A stretch of 62,974 nucleotides of DNA, counting the filler, from Octopus bimaculoides (lineage: Eukaryota), in the NCBI RefSeq assembly GCF_001194135.2. It is 5 parts of 4 records of this genome, joined end to end, with 100 filler letters (N's around TTAATTAATTAA, not from the genome) between each part and the next. Parts side by side here need not be neighbours in the genome. Positions count along the whole stretch, not along the records: positions 46,166 to 61,092 come from NC_068997.1; positions 61,193 to 62,974 come from NW_026417144.1; 3 more parts are not named here. One strand, written 5' to 3'. The notes under the pieces were generated by a model that saw only the letters and a program-made list of their open reading frames with translations, was not told where the DNA came from and did no database searches. Positions 54,673 through 62,974 of this stretch are shown here, in pieces. The position numbers and the translations under genes were made by a program. The stretch's first letter is position 1, and every line of letters starts with the position of its first letter.

Positions 54673-56231
54673 GGTTAATATCTACTTTAACACCCGACCA
54701 CCAAAACAAAGAAAAAGAAATCATGCGTAATAGGTGTAAAAAAGGTGTAGTAAAAGAATCTAAAAACCAAAATTTGCGCAAACGAACCAAAGGTGGGGAG
54801 AGAGGAGTTTCGGAAAATTCGCACGATCCAATATTTTTTCCCCTTGTAACTTTCAGGAAAGTGGATATCTTTCGATGAAATTTTATAGAAATATCTTTCA
54901 AGCTGCATAGGTTAGAAATTTGTGGGGAAAATGTTTTTCCTAGGTAGTACGGAGAAGATTTTGGGTAAATTCACATGATCCGATTTTTTCCCCCTTAATA
55001 ACTTTCAGGAAAATGGGTATCTTTTGTTAAAAGTTTGTACAAATATTTTTCAAATGGCAAAGATTACAATTAATGAAGAAATTTGTGGGGGAAATTTTTC
55101 CCANNNNNNNNNNNNNNNNNNNNNNNNNNNNNNNNNNNNNNNNNNNNNNNNNNNNNNNNNNNNNNNNNNNNNNNNNNNNNNNNNNNNNNNNNNNNNNNNN
55201 NNNNNNNNNNNNNNNNNNNNNNNNNNNNNNNNNNNNNNNNNNNNNNNNNNNNNNNNNNNNNNNNNNNNNNNNNNNNNNNNNNNNNNNNNNNNNNNNNNNN
55301 NNNNNNNNNNNNNNNNNNNNNNNNNNNNNNNNNNNNNNNNNNNNNNNNNNNNNNNNNNNNNNNNNNNNNNNNNNNNNNNNNNNNNNNNNNNNNNNNNNNN
55401 NNNNNNNNNNNNNNNNNNNNNNNNNNNNNNNNNNNNNNNNNNNNNNNNNNNNNNNNNNNNNNNNNNNNNNNNNNNNNNNNNNNNNNNNNNNNNNNNNNNN
55501 NNNNNNNNNNNNNNNNNNNNNNNNNNNNNNNNNNNNNNNNNNNNNNNNNNNNNNNNNNNNNNNNNNNNNNNNNNNNNNNNNNNNNNNNNNNNNNNNNNNN
55601 NNNNNNNNNNNNNNNNNNNNNNNNNNNNNNNNNNNNNNNNNNNNNNNNNNNNNNNNNNNNNNNNNNNNNNNNNNNNNNNNNNNNNNNNNNNNNNNNNNNN
55701 NNNNNNNNNNNNNNNNNNNNNNNNNNNNNNNNNNNNNNNNNNNNNNNNNNNNNNNNNNNNNNNNNNNNNNNNNNNNNNNNNNNNNNNNNNNNNNNNNNNN
55801 NNNNNNNNNNNNNNNNNNNNNNNNNNNNNNNNNNNNNNNNNNNNNNNNNNNNNNNNNNNNNNNNNNNNNNNNNNNNNNNNNNNNNNNNNNNNNNNNNNNN
55901 NNNNNNNNNNNNNNNNNNNNNNNNNNNNNNNNNNNNNNNNNNNNNNNNNNNNNNNNNNNNNNNNNNNNNNNNNNNNNNNNNNNNNNNNNNNNTGGTCTTC
56001 CCAATCCGAAACTTTTCTCCCCACCCCCTTGGAAAAAGTTTTCCTCACAAATTTCTTTACAGTATATTTGCAATCTATGCCTTTTGAAATTTATTTGTGT
56101 AAACTCGTTAAAAGGTACCTGTTTTCCTGAAAGTTATGCAGGAAAAATCAGATTGTGTGAATTTTCCAAAAGTCCTCTCTCCACATTGTTTGTTTTGTTT
56201 TGGTGGCCGGGTGTTAAACTAGATATTAACC
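54673..56231. mobile_element. Foldback-type element with long inverted arms and ~150-bp internal subrepeats
   Basis: The left end ggttaatatctactttaacacccgaccaccaaaacaaa pairs with the right end tttgttttggtggccgggtgttaaactagatattaacc. The arms keep aligning inward; the subrepeat starts at ~54816 and ~54968; the centre is a gap. Confidence 0.75.
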
Positions 56232-56455
56232 TAAAACAATTTATCAACAAAACCTCTTCTATTATGTCTCAACACAGACTATGTAACCACACTCAAGCAG
56301 ACGACCAATCAATAGAAGGGTTTCTACTAGACCTGAAAAGCCTTGCTATAAAGTATCACATACAATCTCTAATAGCAGAACAACACTGTGACTTATTAAT
56401 TCATGACGCTTTTGTCTCAGGAATAAATTTCTCGACCATTCATCCATGGTTACTG
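56232..56455 (+). mobile_element. Ty3/Gypsy gag fragment
   Basis: Reads QADDQSIEGFLLDLKSLAIKYHIQ...LIHDAFVSGINFSTIHPWLL, matching the Gypsy gag pattern Q..xxSIxxFxxxLxxLA...LIRDxFVxG..IRxRLL. Confidence 0.7.
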
Positions 56456-57008
56456 AAGACTAAAGGTCTTTATCCATGTAAGGTGTTGTTAATCTGTTTG
56501 GTGGGATGTGGAAGGTTTGGTCCATTTTGAACTTTTAAACCCAAACCAAATGATAACAAAGGAAATCCACTGCAAGCAGCTTGAGTGGCTTAAGTCAGTG
56601 GTAGAAGAAAAATGACCATCTTTGGTTTCAAGACAAAAGGTGTTCTTCCATCTGGATAATGCTTGGCCACATACAACGAGGATGACATTCCAAAGGCTGG
56701 AGCAGTTTGAATGGGAAACGATGCTCCACCCACATTGCCCCATCTTATTATCATTTATTCCAGAGTCTTCAAAATCCTTTGGATGGAAAAAATATGAATT
56801 CTGTAGACGGGTCAGAACAGTACTGGAGGAATATTTTTCATTATGAACAAGTGAATTTTGGAAGAGGGGGCCTTGTAAGTCTACCAGATACATGGAAGAG
56901 CATTATAGAAAACGAAGGGGAGTATATTGTAGATTAAAAAGAACTTTATCTTAATTTTGAAAAATAAAAGAAGTATAAAAAAACCACATTATTTATAGGA
57001 TGACCCAA
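56456..57008 (+). mobile_element. 5'-truncated mariner transposase relic
   Basis: Frameshifted motifs WWD...VHFELL, FHLDNAWPH, IAPSYYHLFQSL and LPDTWKSIIENEGEYIVD*, then a TIR-like end ending gacccaa followed by TA. Confidence 0.88.
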
Positions 57009-57917
57009 TACGTTCACTTTTCCACATAGATAGATAATGTTAAAAGTATATGAAGAAAGTTTAGTCCTCCATTATAATTTGTCATTCTTTTATTTTGTTG
57101 TTTGTAACAATTGGTCTATTTATATATAATATAATATGATATAATGTTTGTTTGTTTGTGTATGTAGACAATAAATTTTTGTCTGATTGCAACAGTTGGT
57201 GCTCTTGCAGAATACTTGCATAAAATTCAGCATTTATTATTTCTGCAACTGTCTGCCAGTAATGTTTTATGTATTTATATAGGCCTTTCACTTGACATAT
57301 CATTCAAAAATAAACAAGAATGTTGTTGACTTAAAATGGGTTCCAGGCGATAAAACTTATGTGCTAAATTCTTTTTGGTTCCTGCTGATTAAACTACTGT
57401 GACATCTACATAGGGTTATTTTTATTTCTTTCATATAGGCACAGGAGTGGCTGGCTGTGTGGTAAGTAGCTTGCTTACCAACCACATGGTTCCAGGTTCA
57501 GTCCCACTGCGTGGCACCTTGCGCAAGTGTCATTCATTTAATTGGGAGTACTAAACTGCAAAAAAAAAAAAAAAAGAACTACACTACAGGGTCACCTAAC
57601 TTGTTAGAAATCAGAGTCCAAGCATCTGTGAAATCACACTCAGCTTAAGAGAAAGACACATTGGGAAAAGCCATCCCAGTTTCACAAAAAAGATAATTAC
57701 AACTGAAGCTTCTTTGATTATAGCTCTTTCTCTTTTAGGGAGCTAAAAGAATTAATAACAGGTTAAAAGCAGTGTAATGTTACAGTGAATTTGAGTGCCA
57801 TATTTATTCATAAATAATGCCTACTTAACTCTGAACTACGAAATCCCAGAAAAAATATCTCCTGTATATTATATGGACTGTTTCTTTTTTTTTTTTCTCT
57901 ATTAGTGTTAATGCTGT

Positions 57918-58290
57918 GTGGAGGCGCAATGGCCCAGTGGTTAGGGCAGCGGACTCGTGGTTTCGATTCCCAGACCGGGCGTTCTGAGTGTTTATCGAGT
58001 GAAAACACCTAAAGCTCCACGAGGCTCCGGCAGGAGATGGTGGCGAACCCTGCTGTACTCTTCCACCACAACTTTCTCTCACTCTTACTTCCTGTTTCTG
58101 TTGTGCCTGTAACTCAAAGGGTCAGCCTTGTCACACTGTGTCGCGCTGAATATCCCCGAGAACTACGTTAAGGGTACACGTGTCTGTGGAGTGCTCAGCC
58201 ACTTGCACGTTAATTTCATGAGCAGGCTGTTCCGTTGATTGGATCAACTGGAACCCTCGATGTCGTAAGCGATGGAGTGCCAACAACAAC
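57918..58290 (+). mobile_element. tRNA-derived SINE with 17-bp target-site duplication
   Basis: A box TGGCCCAGTGG, partly deleted B-box region and (AAC)n tail. Flanked by the exact TSD attagtgttaatgctgt at 57901-57917 and 58291-58307. Confidence 0.9.
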
Positions 58291-58677
58291 ATTAGTGTTA
58301 ATGCTGTATATAAAAAAGTGTTTAGTCAGATTTATTAAAATTAATTATAGACTGTAAAAGTATTGAACCAACATGGACAGATATAAATTACAATACGGGA
58401 CGGAAACACTTCTTTGAACACTTCTGTTTTAAAATTTTTTTCATTATCAAATTTCTTTTTTTCTTTTTTCAGTAGGAACGTATGTAATGACACTTCATTT
58501 TAATAAAATAAAGCTTTTGAACTGGACCTTCAGTTTCTTTCCCACCTGTATTTATTTGTAGGCATTGATCTGCCAATATAAATGATGGGTAGTGGCTGTA
58601 TTGAAATTACAGGTGTAAGGACCTGCAAAAGCATAATGTCTCCCTTTTTTTCCCTAAGTTAGCAATATACATGCATG

Positions 58678-59153
58678 CAGGGTGTTTTAGAATTAACTAT
58701 CTATTTCAATGAAATTGGGCAAATTGTAAAAAAAACTGACAGATACCAAAACAAAAAGATTTATAAATCTTACATTAAAACTTTATTGAAAATGTTCAAC
58801 ATGTGCTCTGTCTGTATCCCTGCGAATTTCAAATCTATCTTTTGAAGCATTTCAGGAGTTAACTCCTGCACTGCTAACTGAATGCGTTCTTTAAGTTCAG
58901 CTAAGCCGTTGGTCTATCCTGGGGATGGAAGTAGAGAAAATGATTGCAGCCAAACTGAAAAAAAAAAAAAAAGCTCTTGTGGACAGGTAAGTGAGATCCA
59001 ACAGGAATGAAAATAAAATTATAAAAATATAGACAAAATTAAAAATTTATACACTTTTAACACATATTAATCATGATAAATATAAATAAAAGTGAGTTTT
59101 TAAAAAAATTTCCTGATTTCACTGAAATAGATAGCTAATTCCGGAACACCCTG
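58678..59153 (-). mobile_element. Internally deleted Tc1/mariner-superfamily element (MITE-like)
   Basis: ~40-bp TIRs cagggtgttttagaattaactatctatttcaatgaaat / atttcactgaaatagatagctaattccggaacaccctg. The minus strand keeps the transposase C-terminus LAELKERIQLAVQELTPEML...AHVEHFQ*. Confidence 0.8.
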
Positions 59154-59244
59154 TGTGTATAATATATATATGTGTGTGTGTGTATAGATGTTGTGATACA
59201 TATGAACCTAACAATGCCGACTTGACTTTTATCTATTTACACAG

Positions 59245-59317
59245 GCTCTAAAAAGTGAAGGAGGAAGTCTTGAACATACCGAAAGAAATAGAGAAAAAGC
59301 AGATACAGTTCCAACCA
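59245..59317 (+). CDS. SAFB: SAFB-family paralog A, coding exon 2
   Basis: Acceptor ttttatctatttacacag|, 73 nt reading ALKSEGGSLEHTERNREKADTVPT in phase 0, donor A|GTGAGT. It completes the SAP helix (RLEQ-ALKSEGG, compare vertebrate RLKQAIEEEGG) and aligns to paralog B exon 2. Confidence 0.88.
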
Positions 59318-59349
59318 GTGAGTTACATTTTGTCTTAGCTATCTTGAAG

Positions 59350-60250
59350 TTCCATTATCTTTGGTGGTGCTCTTGACTGACTTCCTTATATACGTACAGG
59401 AGTGATGAATATATTCTATTGTTATGATTTACATTAAAAATAGTGCTTGTGCAATTCAAAGAAAATCTTTGATAGTTGCAAGGACATCTGTGCTCTTGAT
59501 TTTATTTTGGAAAGTTAACTTGCAGCCAAGTATTTAATCCCACTCAATACACAGAGGAAGTGGTTGACTATAGGAGCAGTTTTTGTTGATCTGACAGCTG
59601 CTTATATATGATATGATTAACTGCCATGTATTGTTAAATGATATATAGTTTAAAGGGTACGAATTTCATATAATTTATCTTTGTTATGATAGGAAATAAA
59701 CACTTCTTTATGATTCTGGGTAGCAAAAATGGATGTACATGAATATTATAAAGTGGTCTACTCCAGGGTTGCATGATGGCTCTTTTGTTTGTTTAACATC
59801 TGCTCAAATGATCACCCAAAATGTTTTATCTATCCCTGTGGTATATGCATAGCATACCAAAGACAAAATTTCAATGAAATCTTTTGATGAGTTCTACTTT
59901 AAGCAGTCTTAGCTCTTGTATAAGAACAATGACTTAATTGTTAAATTCATGAAAAATGCAGGTCTCTGAAGTCTATCTTAGAAGGAATTGCGTAGTTAAA
60001 TATATCATGGTCTGAAAGAAAAGTCGAATACTACAAGATTCCCTTGTATCTTAGTCTGTGACAAGACTATAGTCTCAGCAACTCTCAGTTGGGTGCAAGT
60101 CATCAAACATTCAGAATAACTGAATTGGCTCCATAGATCTCACACTTTTGTCACAGGAAGGCAATAAATTGCATAACAAAAGAATTTTCTGCTCACTGAC
60201 TGCTAGGAATTAGCAATGTCATTGCTGACGTGCATAATATATACAGTGAC
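59350..60250 (+). mobile_element. Degenerate non-LTR retrotransposon reverse transcriptase fragment
   Basis: GAVFVDLTAAY... and a decayed GLxQG...FNIxxND pattern; clade not assigned. Confidence 0.55.
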
Positions 60251-60509
60251 AGCTCTTTAGTATTATGATGTATGGAAATAGGAGAGGATTTGTTGTCTCA
60301 AATGCATTGTAAAAGTTCAAATATTATGAACAAAACAAAAGCAAATTTGAAGGTAACCTTTGAACTTTACTGGTACAGCTGTAATAATGCACTTGCTGTA
60401 AAGTCAACGTACAATAAATGTGAAAGTTCACTTGTTAATTCAATAATACATATTCTCTTTTACTTAAATTTTTCTTTTGCTTAGTTAATTGTTATTATTA
60501 TTATTATTA

Positions 60510-60734
60510 TTAATCCTTTAGCATTTAAACTGGCCATATCTGGCCCGAATATTCTACCAGTTTTATGATGAACTTGACCAGATCAGGCCTCTTGTGCCTA
60601 CAATGACATTCTAGAAATAAACAATCACATGGTTCATCAAAATCTCAAAGCTACAAGTTAATGCATGATTAATTCAAAACAATGTGAATGAATAGGCTTT
60701 ACATTTGACAGTAATTTAAATGCTAAAGGGTTAA
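60510..60734. mobile_element. piggyBac-type MITE (TTAA-bounded), copy 3
   Basis: ttaatcctttagcatttaaa ... tttaaatgctaaagggttaa: TIRs with TTAA at both ends. Confidence 0.8.
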
Positions 60735-60932
60735 GGCAGCAATATAGCGGAATTGTCAGGGCATCGGACGAAGTGCTTGGTGGCATTTCTTCCAACTCTT
60801 TACGTTCTGAGTTCAAGTGTCACCCAGGTTGACTTTGCCTTTTATCTTTTGATGGTTGATAAAATAAATACCTGTCGAGTACTGGGGGTGGGATGGGTGA
60901 CGGGTGATGCAATCAGCTACCCCACCCCCACA

Positions 60933-61092
60933 TTTTAAAATTGCAGCCTTGTCTAAAATTTATTAAAATTGCAGCCTTGTCTAAAATTTATTAAAATTGC
61001 AGCCTTGTCTAAAATTTGTTAAAATTGCAGGCCTTGTCTAAAATTTATTAAAATTGCAGCCTTGTCTAAAATTTATTAAAATTGCAGGCCTT
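60933..61092. repeat. 28/29-bp minisatellite grown from a SINE tail
   Basis: Unit attaaaattgcagccttgtctaaaattt, about 5.5 copies, running into a gap. No spacers. Confidence 0.9.
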
Positions 61093-61363
61093 NNNNNNNN
61101 NNNNNNNNNNNNNNNNNNNNNNNNNNNNNNNNNNNNTTAATTAATTAANNNNNNNNNNNNNNNNNNNNNNNNNNNNNNNNNNNNNNNNNNNNAGGACAAT
61201 GATGAAAAGGAGGGGACTAAGTGTTCAGTTGTTCATCAAGGCGTGAGCCTTGATGAACAACTGAACACTAATACACACACAAACACTAAATGCAATAAAC
61301 ACAGACACACATAGGGAGTTAGACAAACAGAGTTAGATCACAATGATTATAATGCATGCTTAT

Positions 61364-61396
<33 letters not shown>

Positions 61397-61489
61397 CACA
61401 AACACATGCATATATTAGGTAGAGAGCTCTGAAAGGGGTTTCAGGGAGTAGTGTCCCTACCTTCCTGAGCTAGTTTCCCACTACATTTC

Positions 61490-62660
61490 TTAAAAATCGT
61501 GGTCGAGGCCTTGGTCTCGAGACCACCCATGTCTAGAAACTGAGGTTGGGGGTAAGCAAGGACATGTCCTTCGTAGAAAATCCAGCTCCAAAAATGCCTC
61601 ATCATTGCAAAGGAGAATGGGTACTAGCCAGCCCAAAGGTTGGGCGAGGGTTGCACCTGCCTACCTAAAAAGGGAAGGTGCAAATCTTTATCCTGGGTTG
61701 CACAAGCATGACTTGCCTTATGATGGCTGATGGCCTGAGGAGAAGCTTGGTGTGAGGTTGGGAAGTTGGAACGTGGGCAGTTTGCATGGAAGGGGAACTG
61801 AGGAAGTGGGGGTGGATGTGTGCTGTGTGCAGGAGGCCAGGTGGAGGGGCCAAGGTGCAAGGTTTGTGGTGGTCAAAGGAAGAAGGGAAGAAGTTGTGGT
61901 GGTCCGGAAATAGCAAGGGGACTGGAGGTGTGGGAGTTTTGGTGAAGGAAGAAATCTGTGAGGTGGTGGTGGAGGTGAGGAGAAAGAGTGACAGAGTGAT
62001 GACAGTAGTGTTAGCATTTGAAGTGGTGAGGGTGATTTGTGGGTTAGGGTCTGCAAAGTGGAAGAGGGATCGCTGAGAAAGAGCAGTTCTTTGATGAAAT
62101 GGGGTGAATGAGTGGGACTTACATAAGGTGGATGAATTGGTATTGGGCATGGGTGATTTTAATGGACATGTTGGGAAATGGATCCAGAGCTTCGAGGGTG
62201 TGCATGGGGGGGGGGAATGGAATTGGGGAGAGAAATGTGGAAGGAAGGATGCTGTTGGAGTTTTGTGATGAGAAAGAGTTGTGACTTTGAGTGCAGGAGA
62301 GAATGAGACAGAGACTGATTCCCTGTTGGTTGGCAGGAAAAACAGAAAATATCTGAGAGATGTGAAGACAAAACCAGGGGAGTTGCAGCACAGCTTTGGT
62401 GGTTGCTGACTTGGATAAGAGGAAAGTAAAAAAGTGTGTGAGAAAGGGAACGGTTGAGGGGAGAAAGGTGTGGAAACTGAAGGAAGAAGAAAGAAGAGCA
62501 AGGTTTGAGGAGAGAGTTGGGGAGTTGGTTAGCATTGATGCACTGGATCTGTGGAAGTCTTTTAAAGAAGGGGTACTAAAGGGATGTGACGAAGTGTGTG
62601 GGAGGATGAAAGGAGATATGTGGTGGTGGAACGAGGAGGTGAGTGATGCGATAACAAGGT
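61490..62660 (+). mobile_element. RTE LINE 5' portion (AP-endonuclease region)
   Basis: Frameshifted WNVGSL, DVCCVQE.RW, KLWWSGNSKGTGGVGVLVKEE...RRKSDRVM, MGDFNGHVG and WWWNEEV motifs. Confidence 0.85.
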
Positions 62661-62974
62661 AGAAGGAGGCAAACTATTTATGAAATAGTCTGGGTTATTA
62701 CATACAGTGTCCATACACTGAAACAATGGACAGAAAGATCCAATGCTCTCTGATCCATGATTATTATTATTATAATTATTATTATTGTTATTATTATTAA
62801 GGTGGTGAGCTTGTAGAATTGTTAGCATGCCAGGTAAAATGCTTAGTGGTATTTCATCTGCTGCTACATTCTGAGTCAAAATTCTGCTTAGGTTGATTTA
62901 ACCTTTCGTCCTTTTGGGGTCAAAAAATTAAGTACCAGTTATGCATTGGGGTCGATATAATTGACTAGTCCCAA

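Noticed and set aside
60933-61092. 28-bp direct repeats as a CRISPR array
   Set aside because: There are no spacers or cas genes and the context is eukaryotic.

Overview
Eukaryotic, very AT-rich, microsatellite- and transposon-dense genomic scaffold with many N gaps. The repeat landscape (tRNA-derived SINEs with internal microsatellites, RTE LINEs, Tc1/mariner, MITEs) points to an octopus/cephalopod genome; this species call is an inference. The main result is two SAFB-family (scaffold attachment factor B/SLTM) paralogs arranged head-to-head. Paralog A is on + (ATG 53580; exons 53580-53714, 59245-59317). Paralog B is on - (ATG 52299; exons 52299-52165, 49154-49100, 48381-48353, 47786-47732, plus an exon partly in the gap at 46165-46038); its first exon is absent from the supplied ORF track. 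The ATGs are separated by 1280 nt holding a mirrored promoter motif, a CCAAT box and a tRNA-derived SINE. The arrangement parallels the mammalian SAFB1/SAFB2 bidirectional locus and probably arose independently. The SAP exons are under clear purifying selection, whereas exon 2 differs almost only by replacements. No RRM or R/E-rich exon is visible for paralog B. The rest of the window is transposon debris, a 157-bp-arm palindrome, a foldback element and a few weak exon candidates. There is no CRISPR array, rRNA or true tRNA gene.
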